Origin: Antedon mediterranea | Lineage: Eukaryota; Animalia; Echinodermata | Assembly: GCF_964355755.1 (NCBI RefSeq) | Contig: NC_092671.1 | Location: 24,006,070 to 24,070,069, forward strand | Reading direction: 5' to 3' | DNA: 64,000 nucleotides | Translations under genes and position numbers: made by a program | The notes under the pieces: model-generated | What the model saw: the letters and a program-made list of their open reading frames with translations, nothing else | Told to the model about the DNA's origin: nothing | Database searches by the model: none | Part shown: positions 50,260 to 62,841 of the stretch, piece after piece | How the letters are laid out: each line of letters opens with the position of its first letter | Numbering within the stretch: the first letter of the stretch is position 1

Positions 50260-50336
50260 TTGATATAAAGTTTGCGGTACACCACGTATATTAGTTTTGA
50301 ACTAATATACGTGGTGTACCTCAAACTTTATATCAA
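50260..50336. repeat. Near-perfect 77-bp palindrome/hairpin
   Basis: ttgatataaagtttgcggtacaccacgtatattagtt-ttg-aactaatatacgtggtgtacctcaaactttatatcaa; one mismatch. Confidence 0.9.
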
Positions 50337-51101
50337 CAAAATATTAATAAATATCAATAAAACAGATAACATATTTAGGAATTGTTTGAACCAAAATAAT
50401 TTGGGTTTTGGTGCTATCCTGGTCAAAACGTTAACTGTTTATACACATGTTACTACTGCATATACTGAAGATATTTTAAAAATAATACAGAAGTATTTTT
50501 TAATCTTTCATTTCATGATTTCTACTTTTAATTTTTACTTTTATTGGAATTTTATCTTTTTAAAATTTACTGACATTTCTATTTCTAGTATATTGCTTGT
50601 AATTTTGTTTTTCTTGAATTTTTATTGTGTATATTGTTATTGAAATTGATTTTGACTAATGAATGAACCAATGAATCTGTTTCTCTGCCATGGATATGAT
50701 ATGTATTTTGCAGTAGGATCAACCCAACTAAAACCAGTATTCATCAATATCCATTATTATTTTTATTTCTACAAATTGTTCCTTTTGTGAACCATTTATT
50801 TTTTAAGGAGGTGGTCAATATGAAAGCGTTGGATGATGAAACACATAACATCATGCTGTGTGACGCGATAAGTTAAAAAATACTTTATATGGATGGGTTA
50901 AATGAAAAAAATGTAAGATAAATATTAAAAGGGCTACTCTAATATTTTAGGACAAACGATAATAAATAATTTCTTCGACAAAAAAATCATAATAAATATG
51001 TTTAATGTCGATGTTATTGTTAATACTGGAATAACCTGTTTAATAAATCAAACTAAAATAGTTATAGTATACAGTAAAACCTCTCCTTTAGGATGCCCTT
51101 A

Positions 51102-51499
51102 AGGCCCATTTACACTAGGACGATAACGATGGACGATAATATATAAACATGCATTTTTTTTACATAAAACAAAATTAATTAGAAAGGTTTTCGTTCTAAA
51201 ACTATAGGATAATCATTTAGGCTGTCTTTGATAAAAATAATATTTTTAAAATTCCAATCAAATGACGTCATGATAAATAAAAACAATAAAATTGTTGTAT
51301 TTTCACGATATTATTGCTCTTACTAATCATGACGTCATTTGATTGGACGTGTGAAAATATCATTTTCATCAAAGGAAGCATAGAAGGTTATTCTATAGTT
51401 CTAGAATGAAAAGTTTTTATATTTCTTTTGTTTTATGTATGAAAAATGCACATTTGTCTATTTATCGTCGATCGTTATCGTCCTAGTGTAAATGGGCCT
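51102..51499. mobile_element. PIF/Harbinger-type MITE
   Basis: TIR aggcccatttacactaggacgataacgat; TTA TSD; internally near-palindromic. Confidence 0.8.
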
Positions 51500-52006
51500 T
51501 TATTCAGAGAACATCGCAAACAGATCACACTTTTCCATGAAACAAGGGGAAATATATGTTTTAACACTACGGCCAACCCCTACTCAGAGGACACTCATCC
51601 TATTAAGAGGACAGGAGCACTTTATACTCAGTGTGCCAAACAGTTGATTTAACGCCTATTATTTTTTCCATCACAAAAAACACAGAAAAAATAAAATTAT
51701 ATTCATATCGTTATTAATATAAATATATGGATCATAATGATAGTTTTCATTGGTGCGATAAACCCTAAGGTGACAATTTGTTAGTTTCACAGCATACTAC
51801 AGTAAACCCCTATTAAGGAGACCATTTTTGGGCCACAAAGGTTTCCCCTTAAGGCGTCATCTACAAATTATTTCAGACCACAGAGACGTGCCTGAAAACT
51901 TGCAACCCATCAGACGCATCTGTCCAATGCTGAACCTCATTAACGATCTATTATGAATATTCATGAGCTACCCAATCGCGGCGAAGACGCGTCTGTGTGA
52001 TTAAAA

Positions 52007-53201
52007 CGGTCACAGTGCATTTCGGCCGCCAATCATTTCGGCCGCCGGTTATGGAACGATCATATTCATGAAACTCCAAAAAGGACAAAATATGGCATAT
52101 CATTTCGGCCGCCAGGTATGGCGCGCCAAATTGAAATAGCCAGAAATAACTGTAGGCCTACAGTAATACAGTGAAACAAATAACTGTACCAAGTCTATGG
52201 AACGCCAGAGAACTATGGTCATTTAAACCAGAGATCAGTTGTGCAATGGGCTAAATACATCTTAATTTTTGCCGTAGATTTAAAGTTATATTACGGTATT
52301 TTGGTCAAAATGAATATTGATTAAATGTTTATTTATATTTTTATTTTACAGGTCCCGAAGATGCGTGCGTGTGCTTTGTAAAATGTGTTTATTTATGAAT
52401 ATAATAAATGTAAAAAAACATACGAATAAGTGTTTTTGACTGGCACATAAAAAAACTTCAGCATTACCTCCTTCTTCATCTTATTAAAAAAAATCATTAA
52501 TATTCACTGTAGTGATGGCAAAGTGCACGCCATAAATTATGGCATACCGTAAATAAATATCGCTGCTGTTTCTGGAATTGAAGACCGCCGATTCGGCTTA
52601 AACATACAGTGTTTAGTAAAATATTAACATTTTAACACACATGGGGTGTCATACATATTCAAGAATAATTACAATTATGCCGGCCGAAATGAACAATACA
52701 TATTTTGTCTATTTTGGCGTTTCATGAATTTGGCAATTCTATAACCGGCGGCAAAGAACTTATAACACAAGAATCTCCTGTTCGTCCGAAGCGCGTAACA
52801 ATTTCGAAAGGCATTGTGGGATAGAATAGAGCTATGGGTGGCGCCATTGTGAGCCATGGAGTAGGGCGCCCGCATCAAATTAGAAAGTCAAAACCATAGA
52901 GGGGATCTGCTAATGCTCTAGGGGGGATAGAGTAATTGACTGAGGAGTAGGGCGCCCGCATCAAATTAGAAAGTCAAAATCATAGAGGGGATCTGCTAAT
53001 ACTCTAGGGGGATAGAGTAATTGACTTCCTAGTTTGGAGGGGGCGCTGCTCCATGCTGTGAAATGGCGTCGCCCAGTTTGACCTTTTAACCCTGTACTTC
53101 CGATACTGTGTTTTGAATGCAAATTGAAGAACAGGAGATTCTTGTGTTATAAGTTCTTTGCCGGCGGCCGAAATGACTGGCGGCCGAAATGATCAGACAC
53201 C
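52007..53201. mobile_element. Nested DNA element with catttcggccgcc subterminal repeats
   Basis: catttcggccgcc x3 on the left, ggcggccgaaatg x2 on the right; attaaaa on both flanks. Confidence 0.6.
52752..53160. mobile_element. Small TIR element with 7-bp TSD (P-element-like, tentative)
   Basis: 32-bp TIR caaagaacttataacacaagaatctcctgttc; TSD ccggcgg; internal 86-bp tandem duplication at 52858-53026. Confidence 0.7.
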
Positions 53202-55574
53202 ATTAAAAAACCCGTCTTCGCTGTTTACTTAGTAGGTAAAACAATAGAAAACGCGTCTGAGTGAGTGATTAAAACCCGTCTGTATTGCTTGTATGGTGAA
53301 ACAACATTGGTATCATTTCACAGAACCAACAAATCTGAGACTAGGCCTAGGTTATCCTAATTTGGACGGAAATTCGCCGATGAGACGACATCGGGCCTGT
53401 GGACCAGCTCATGCAGAGAGAAAGAAAGTCCAGGCTAGCCTAGTCTCGGCGGCCTACACTAGGCTAGGCCTATAAATTATTTAACGCTCCTACTGTACCT
53501 TGGGTTAGCGAATTATAAAAACAACGACACCTAGGCTAGGATCCATATTAAGATTTAACATAGGCCTAGGGCCTAGGCCTAGGCCTTTTAAAATGATTAC
53601 GACATGTGTAAAGAAAAAGGCTCGACCAGAATTTGGAGGGGAAAAAACATGTGAGCAGTTTAGAGCTAGAGAGAGAGTATCGCGTTTCATGCCATGTGAC
53701 CAAAAAAACTAGATCTGTATTTATTACGGTCTTCTGTCGCAAAAATAAAAGCTCGCGAATAAATAGAAACGAACATTTGCGCTTTACAGTATTAGTAGGG
53801 TAGGAAGGAGGGGTTACCGTGCACCCCCATGATGTATTTTTTTAATGTACATTTTTGTAATCCTGAATATATGTAATTAACATTTTTTGATGTTCCCAAG
53901 ACGAAATATTGTCCCATGGGGTTTTTTTGGGGCCATTTTGGTGGCCATCTTGGATTTATCAAAATCATAAATATAGACGATACTTGACAAAGACTGATCA
54001 TAGAGGTCTGATTTTGATCTTAAATTGTTCAGAATATGCACATTTCTATGTACTATAATGAAAAGTTTTTGTTCAAAATGGCCGTAAATGCCACTTTTGA
54101 CCTTTGACCTTGTTTTTACATAAGGGTCATATCTTGGTAACCCCTGGTCATAAAGTTTTTATTTTTGTCTTAAATTGTTCAGAATATCCATATTTATATT
54201 CGCTTTAATGGAACATATTTTTGAAATTTGACGGGAAATATCATTTTTGACCTTTGACATTATTGCATAACGATTTTTGCAATAATTTAGGTTATTTTTG
54301 TATTCGACCTATATCTTGACAACGAGTGATCATAGAGGTTTGATTTTGGTCTTATATTGTTCAGAATATGCACTTTCCTATGTACTATAATAAAACATTT
54401 TCATACAAAATGACCGGAAATACGACTTTTGACCTTTGACCTCATTTTTACATAAGGGTCATATCTCGGTAACCAATGGTCATAACGATTTTATTTTTGT
54501 TTTAAATTGTTCGGAGTATCCATATTTATATTAGCTTTAATGAAACATATTTTTGAAATTTGATGGAAAATATCACTTTTGACCTTTGACATTATTTCCA
54601 CCCGAGGGTCATATCTTGGTAACCCCTGGTCATAAAGACTTTATTTTTGTCATAAATTGTTCAGAATATCCATATTTATATAAGATTTAATGAAACATAT
54701 TTTTGAAAGTTGGCAGGAAATACAACTTTTGACCTTTTACCTTGTTTCCACCCGAGGGTCATATCTCGGTAATCCCTGGTCATAAAGACTTTATTTTTGT
54801 CATAAATTGTTCAGAATATCCATATTTATATAACATTTAATGAAATACAACTTTTGACCTTATTTTCACTTGAGGGCCATATCTCGGTAACAAATTTTTT
54901 TTGTCTAAGATTGTTCAAAACATACATACAGTATTTCTATCCACTCTAATGAATATTTATTTAAAACAATGATCATAAATGTTACTATCAATTTTAACAT
55001 TTAACACCTTCCACAGAATTCTCATACAGTAAGAATTTTTTCTGTTTTAAAGTAAAAATAAATTTAAAAGATGTAAATAAAATAACAACATGCTGAGAAA
55101 AAGGGAAAATTACAGACTTTACAAAAAACTTTGAATATACATGCTATCCACTCTAATGATGATTTATCCTCAAAAACTGACAATAAATGTCATTTTTTAC
55201 CTTTGACCCCTATTTAAATATAATTTACATATAATGCGAGAATTCTTAAACAATTCTCAAATTAGAAAAAAGTATCTGATAAATAATAAAAAAAAGTGTC
55301 TGATAACACGTTTCATTACATAATTATTCATAATTAAAGGTGGCTACAGTACTTTTAGGTCTGCAAACAACTTTTATCCAATAGAATGTGTTTATTGTCC
55401 AATTGGAAGAGACAATAACAAAATTAATGTCAACATCTTCATAATCTTAATATATTTTGGAAACAGTACTGATAGACGGCTACAAAAATACATTTTCTAA
55501 TCAAATTCTATTCTTCATTAAATAATGGAAAATTTAGGGAAAGAAAAGGGGATAATTGTATTTTACATGTGGAT

Positions 55575-55965
55575 GGTATTCTTGACATAACACTCGATCT
55601 GAGGACAGGTACCTCCACTCATATACACCAAACCAAACAATACGCCATTATATGTACATCGTGAAAGTAATCATCGGCCATCAATTACGCAATATACCAC
55701 TAGCAATAAATAAACAACTCTCAAACATCTCATCCGATGAAAATTCGTTTAATGCAGCAATACCTCAGTACCAAGAAGCACTTAGAAATAATGGATATGA
55801 ACATGAGCTACACCTGAACAAACAACCAAAAAGAAAACCCGAAACAGAAACATCATTTGGTTCAATCCTCCGTACAGCAAGAACGTAAAGACCAATATCG
55901 GACCCAAATTTTTACATTTAGTGGATGAGTGTTTCTCACAAGGCCATAATCTCCGAAAGACTTTT
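55575..55965 (+). mobile_element. Penelope-like retroelement RT/thumb fragment
   Basis: Frameshifted pieces: FLDITLDL..YTKPNNTPLYVH.ESNH, NIPLAINKQLSNISSDENSFNAAIPQYQEAL, IIWFNPPYSKNVKTNIG. Confidence 0.7.
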
Positions 55966-55967
55966 AA

Positions 55968-56390
55968 TGTTGGCATTGATTGCTGGTGGTATCTACAATA
56001 TCTAAGGTTACGCACGGTATACTTATGGTCGAACTTTAGAGGGTCTGCCAGGGCCAAGGCAGGGTACAGATAGTTTGTAATAGGTTGGTATTCCTTACAA
56101 TGTGCTAAATCATATAACATTGGTTGCTGGTGGTATCTACAATATCTAAGCTAGACTAGTTGGAGGAAGAGGGTCTCTAGTCAACATTTAGAGTGGTCTG
56201 CCAGGGCCAAGGCAGTGTACAGATAGTTTGTAATAGAGGTCATTTGGTATTCCATACAATGTGCTAAATCATATAACATTGGTTGCTGGTGGTATCTGCA
56301 ATATCTAAGCTAGGCTAGTTGGGAGAAGGGGGGTCGTTAGTCGAACTTTAGAGGGGTCTGCCAGGGCCAAGACAGTGTACAGATAGTCTG
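55968..56390. repeat. Tandem repeat, about 3 copies of about 140-160 bp
   Basis: ttgctggtggtatct(a/g)caatatctaag and ggtctgccagggccaag recur three times. Confidence 0.8.
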
Positions 56391-56782
56391 AGTGGTACCT
56401 CACTAAGCTATGCTATCACCATTTGTAGGCCCTCCCTCGGGGGGTCTGGTGGGCCTATTGCAGAGGACAAAATGTTTGGTGATATGATATTGGTATATAA
56501 GATGCAAATGGGCATCCCATGGTGGTGAAATTAGGTGGTATCTCTCTCATCTAATTGGTGCCGATTTGTTAGCACCTTTCGTGTTCCCCGGTATAGACGC
56601 AGCAGGGGTACCCGGCAGACTTCCATTTACATTGACTTCAAATGACCTCCAATTAACACACTTAAATAGTCAGATATTGGTACCTAGCTCATCTAACCAA
56701 ATGTATCTGGGCTGCCTGTCTACAGCCATTTACCGAGTATTCAGTACAGTAATACAATAAATACTAAGCGGAAGATGCTACT

Positions 56783-57310
56783 AATCAATCAATCAATCAA
56801 TCAATCATTCGATTTATATAGCGCCATTCCAACAGTCATTGCTCATGGTGCTACCAAAAATATCAGAAAATGTGAGTTTTGAGTAGTGACTTAAAGGTGC
56901 TCAATAATGATGTTTGTTTAATGTTCAAAGATAGGTGGTTCCAGAACCTACTGTAGGTCCAGCAATACTGAAAGTCCGATCTCCCCAACTATGTTTGCGC
57001 CTCTGAATGTCCAGTAGCACCTGATGACTAGATCTTAGTTCTCGCTTTCTCTTATTGATTGTCGACCATTCTGAGAGGTATTTGAGAGCGCAACTATTTA
57101 TGAATCGGAGCACCAGCAGGATCTTAAATTGAACAACACACAACTCCACTCCAAATACGATCGCCTCGGTCTTTTCATTAAGCTTGAGGAAGTTTAAGCC
57201 CATCATCCATGTCCTAATCTCAGCAGTGCATGCTTCTAAACGTTTTACGGCGGTCAGAATCTCAGTCTGACGGGGCTTGACAGAAACATAAATTTGTATA
57301 TCATGAAGTT
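56783..57310 (-). mobile_element. L2/CR1-like LINE fragment (internally deleted) with (ATTG)n tail
   Basis: D.QIYVS...IRTWM..NFLKLN.KTE, RELRSS...GDRTFSIAGP; tail at 56783-56806. Confidence 0.7.
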
Positions 57311-59604
57311 GACCAGGAATATGTCCTCTATACATTTGACCTTAGAGTGTTAGATGAAGGCACTTCCTCTTATTTGGAAATTTCCTGATGTAGGGCGTGC
57401 CAAACTGTCATTTAATCATTAAAACAAGATATCACACTAGTATGAATGAACTACAGGGGCATGGTGACAGGACAGTCTGGTCATGCAGTCCTATTCTTTC
57501 AGCCCGTCTTATTGATCTAGTAGAGAAAACGACCATGGAGTTGAAAGAGTATGAAGATGATGAACAAGAAATTGAATTTGAGGTGGACGATGACTGAACA
57601 TCTATTGCAGTAACTTGATAAATGGGTTTTGAATGAGTAGTTGTAGACCTACATATACATAGTTTTATTTTGAAAACAGAAACATTCTTACTATACAAGA
57701 ATTCTGTGAAAATTGAGGTCTTCACTCCTGGATATTCTGAAAAATTTATGACAAAAATAAAGTCTTTATGACCAGGGGTTACCGAGATATAACCCTCGGG
57801 TGGAAACAAGGTAAAAGGTCAAAAGTTGTATTTCCTGCCAACTTTCAAAAATATGTTTCATTAAATCTTATATAAATATGGATATTCTGAACAATTTATG
57901 ACAAAAATAAAGTCTTTATGACCAGGGGTTACCGAGATATGACCCTCTGGTGGAAATAATGTCAAAGGTCAAAAGTGATATTTTCCATCAAATTTCAAAA
58001 ATATGTTTCATTAAAGCTAATATAAATATGGATACTCCGAACAATTTAAAACAAAAATAAAATCGTTATGTCCATTGGTTACCGAGATATGACCCTTATG
58101 TAAAAACGAGGTCAAAGGTCAAAAGTCGTATTTCCGGTCATTTTGTATGAAAATGTTTTATTATAGTACATAGAAAAGTGCATATTCTGAACAATATAAG
58201 ACCAAAATCAAACCTATGATCACTCGTTGTTAAGATATAGGTCGAATACAAAAATAACCTAAATTATTGCGAAAATCGTTATGCAATAATGTCAAAGGTC
58301 AAAAATGATATTTCCCGTCAAATTTCAAAAATATGTTCCATTAAAGCGAATATAAATATGGATATTCTGAACAATTTAAGACAAAAATAAAATCTTTATG
58401 ACCAGGGGTTACCAAGATATGACCCTTATGTAAAAACAAGGTCAAAGGTCAAAAGTGGCATTTACGGCCATTTTGAACAAAAACTTTTCATTATAGTACA
58501 TAGAAATGTGCATATTCTGAACAATTTAAGACCAAAATCAGACCTCTAAGATCAGTCTTTTTCAAGTACCGTCTATATTTATGATTTTGATAAATCCAAG
58601 ATGGCCACCAAAATGGCCCAAAAAAAAACCCATGGGACAATATTTCGTCTTGGGAACATCAAAAAATGTTAATTACATATATTCAGGATTACAAAAATGT
58701 ACATTAAAAAAATACATCATGGGGGTGCACGGTAACCCCTCCTTCCTACTAGACTATATACTCTGTCGGCGGTAAAAGGGTATCTGTACTGATTTGTTTG
58801 TCTTACTGCCGGTTGTAAATAATAATTTAATATCACGCTCTCAATGAATTCACTTGTATGTAGCGCGTTTAACACCAGTACACAGTACTGTATAACAATG
58901 TGCAGTCATCCGTATATAGGGGCGGGGCCATAGTCGAACATGCATATTGGGGTCTAGACGCAGCCAAATCAGACGGGTTTTGAGACGCGTTTTTGGGTAA
59001 ACAATAGAAAACGCGTCTGGATGCTGATTTGTGGTCTGAAATAATTTGTAGATGACGCCTAATAGGAGTTCTATTGTAGTATGTGCAGTAGTAAAAGTAG
59101 TAAGCAATGCAATTGCAAACAAAGTATAGGCCTAGTTTAATATCGATTACTGTACGGTGACACGCATACCTCATCGATTTACAAACTGCAATCACAGACT
59201 TTACATCTTCATAGCCTTTAGTTCCGATATTGATTGTTATGGATTAGTGTAGTGTTATTACAGCAGATCCGTCGATTAAATAAACCTCATCCCATAAAAA
59301 AAGACTATTATAATATTTACATTAGGCCTATAGATATTTGTCCTTCTAATGTAAACCCATCGTAGGCGGTTTTCTATTTGTCTAAAATTATCAAACATGG
59401 TTATTATAGATACTACTTAAAATAATACAATTTGTAATAACCAATATGTTTGAATAGCCTAAGCAAATATAAGTAGGTCGTCCACGGAAATAGAGGGATT
59501 TGCACGCATAACACTTTGCGAGTACGACGGTAACCGAATAAAAAATATTTGATATAAATTATTATTTTAGTTACTAATAATACAACTGGCTTTAAAGATG
59601 TTAA

Positions 59605-59605
<1 letters not shown>

Positions 59606-59635
<30 letters not shown>

Positions 59636-59885
59636 TTTATTCGGTCATCAATGTAAAAATAACCAGGAATGAGAATAGGCTAAAGCCCAAACAGATTCTG
59701 CACTCACTCCATACAATACAATCAGTTAAAGATAAAACCATATACAAGAAAAATACAAATAAATTATACATAACATGAAATATAGTGTTTTGTTAGAGCA
59801 GCCTTAAATATTGAAATTGTTTGTGAATCTTTTATGTCATTTGGTATTTGCTCCCATAGTCTAGGAAAGGAAACAAATACAGAAT
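59606..59885 (-). mobile_element. LINE 3' end fragment with (ATT)n tail
   Basis: FPRLWEQIPNDIKDSQTISIFKAAL C-terminal motif of CR1/L2-group ORF2; microsatellite tail at 59606-59634. Confidence 0.65.
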
Positions 59886-59889
59886 TTTA

Positions 59890-62841
59890 AAAGCAAAAGT
59901 AAACAATGGTGGGATAAGACAATAGAACGGAAACGTGCTTGTAAGGAGCATCGTGCATGGTCTAAACATAATAGGGCAGATCTTGAAAAGGGGGGATGCT
60001 TTATGGAAGGATTATAAAATTTAAAAACTCAAGCGAAAAATTTAATAAAAAATAAAATGATGCAATAGAGAGTTGACAAAAGTGTTACCATAGCGAAAGC
60101 AGTTGGTCAGAGCTCTAAAGATTTTTAGAACGAATTAAGGGTACCTAAGAAGGTAATTGTTCCTTCTAATCTAAAAATGCCCGACTCTACACTAGTTACC
60201 TCAGACAAACAAGTGTTGGCTAACTTGATTAACATTTATTGGAGTAACCTGGTAATCAAACTGGTGTCAATACTTATAATGACATAGTTATCAAAATTTA
60301 AATAATGTTTCTAATGTTAGGGAAAATTATATAAATTATCCACAAAAGTACTGGATGATTATAAGAATTTCATTTGAAGATGTTAAAAGTTCAATAATTC
60401 GTTCTAAAAACAATAAAGCACCTGGTGCTGATGGCATCACTAACGAATTGTTAAAGAACGGAGGTGACTGCCTTATTAGGTCTCTAACATATCTTTTTAA
60501 CTATTTTATCAAATCAGAGAACATTCCCACCGAGTGGAATAAAGGGATCATTATACCTATCCATAAAAAGGTAGTAAGAATGATTTAAATAACTATAGAG
60601 GTATTACATTATCATCATGTGTTGCTAAAATTTTCAATCGTATTATTTGTGATCGTATCTCAGAATTTCTTGAGAGTAATAGTATTCTTACGGAAATCCA
60701 GGGAGGCTTTCATATCATAGATGTGAGGACCACATATTTACACATATTGGCTCCGCGTAATGCGGAAAATAAAGTTAACATACTAGCCTTCCTGGATGCT
60801 TTTGACACGGTATGGCGTAATGGCCTTTTGTCAATAGCATGGAATACTGGTATCCGTGGTAAAGTCTGGAAAAATATTTATAAACTTTATACAAATGTCA
60901 AATGTAGTGTTAAGTTTGATGATATTGTAACTGATTATTTTGATGTCGATGAAGGGGTTATCACCGACCTTATTCTGTATTTTTATAAATGAACTTTCCA
61001 AAATGTTATATAATGAAAATGTCGGATTTCATACTTTAGGCACAAAAATTAGCTGTCTTTTTTTGGGCCGACGACGTTGTTTTGATTGCTAAAGATGAAA
61101 ATAATCTGGAGAAAATGTTAGGCCTATTTATCGCTGAACTTTTCTCCAAAAAATGGAAACTTAACTTTAATTATGACAAATCAAATATTGTGGTTGTTAG
61201 TAAACGTACTAATAAAACTAAACATTGGCCTCTTACAAACCACTTCATCAAAGAAGTAGATTGTTATAAATAATTGGGAGTGAATATTTCAAGAAACTTC
61301 TCCGAAAGTATACATGTTAATGATGTAGTTAGAAAAGGGAATAGACTATTGGATATATCAAGTCCATTATTAATGAGCAAGAAGATTTTAATAGGATTTA
61401 TTTTGCTAATATCTTGTGGAAAACTATAGCACTACCATCAATTAACTATATACATGTGCAATATCAGCTTATAGTGCCAGTGACTACAAAAAAATAGAAA
61501 ACATTCAGTTACAAATGGCTAAAACACTACTAAAACCACCGAGGAACACGCCATCATTGACTCTGTTGGGTGACTTAGGATGGGACAGAATTGAAAATAC
61601 CCATAATGAAATAAAAATTAAATATTTTGACAGGCTTATCAATTTAGAAGCCCATCGTTGGCCAAAGCTGCTGTTGCATGCATTATTTACCTTACATGAT
61701 AATAATGTTAATATAAAATGGCGATGGTTAAACTCAATTAAAAGTATTCTGAATAATACTGGATTTAATAATGTATTCTCAAACAACATACCTATAGATT
61801 CAGCATGGTATAAATCGTTTAAGTGTGTTAATGAATGAATTGAATTGGTTTAATAAGAGCTGTACCAAACCATCATTATCACTTTATGTTAAATTTAAGA
61901 AAATGCCTGAGTTAGAAAATTATCTTACTGTTAAAACTGATTTTCATGGTGCTCAATTGAAATTTAAGGCAAGATCAAATACTCTTCAACTTGAAAGTAG
62001 ATTAAGTAAATGGGATATGAATAATACTGGTAATTGTATGTTATGTAAGTATGAACCTGAAGATTTATATCATTTTATGTTAAATTGTAAAGTACTGTAC
62101 TACTAAGTGCGAATTTCAGAATTTGAATGCTTGGAACAAAACCTTAATGATTCCGGTCTATCAGATCTATGGAATTCACTCCAGTTAAATAATTCAGATG
62201 TTATTTTAATGATTATACTTGGTGGTGATTGTTCTGTTCTCATTCCAACAATTTCGATGAATATGGTAAACAAAGCCCATGGCATTCTTGATAAATTCTG
62301 CAAATCATACCTTAAGAAAGCATGGGCCTTTAGACAACGTATCAAGTCTAACATTATTGAATGATTTTATATTTTATATTGTATGTAATTTGGTTTAGTT
62401 ATCTTATTGTTTTCTTTATCTCTTTTTTGATCAATTCTGTTTACAGTCATTGAATAATTCACTACAGCTGAAATAATCTAATCTATGCTTTCTTGTTTAT
62501 TGATGTCCCTAATTTGGGTTCCAATTGTTCCCTTTTTTTTGCTGGTAGACACTGTGTATCAGTATATCTTGTGACAAAGTCACACTAATTGATATGCTAA
62601 TTTAGTGTCCAAGGTTATGTATATGGGTTGCATTTAATTGGTATTATATTTTTAATTTGGTTTAGAGGAGGGTGGTTATCAAATTTTCGTTTTATTTGAG
62701 TTTTATCTGTTTTAATCTAATCTACTTTTTTTTATCCTCATATATTTTTTATATTGCATGTTTAATTGTTTTAAGGATGCACCATTATTATGTGTGCCGC
62801 TGTTCAAAAAGCGTTTTCCGAATAAATTATTATTATTATTA
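59890..62841 (+). mobile_element. Decayed 5'-truncated non-LTR retrotransposon (RTE-X-like) ORF2
   Basis: KAPGADGITNELLK, NYRGITLSSC, AFLD..AFDTVWR, ADDVVL, C-terminal CxxC...HFMLNC; aataaa(tta)n tail; many frameshifts. Confidence 0.85.

Larger units (their letters stand above)
53793..58757. mobile_element. Foldback-type element with about 1 kb inverted arms made of about 120-bp subrepeats
   Basis: gtaggaaggaggggttaccgtgcacccccatgatg... mirrored at 58700-58750; arms about 53793-54830 and 57745-58757; ttttgacctttgac subrepeats. Confidence 0.85.
51853..59059. mobile_element. Harbinger-type element (TAA TSD) carrying nested insertions
   Basis: 29-bp TIR ggcgtcatctacaaattatttcagaccac / gtggtctgaaataatttgtagatgacgcc; TAA on both flanks; shared subterminal acgcgtctg and aacaatagaaaacgcgtctg motifs. 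Confidence 0.8.

Noticed and set aside
52468-52479. 12-nt acidic exon candidate (DEEG)
   Set aside because: Lies inside a nested transposon and has a weak acceptor
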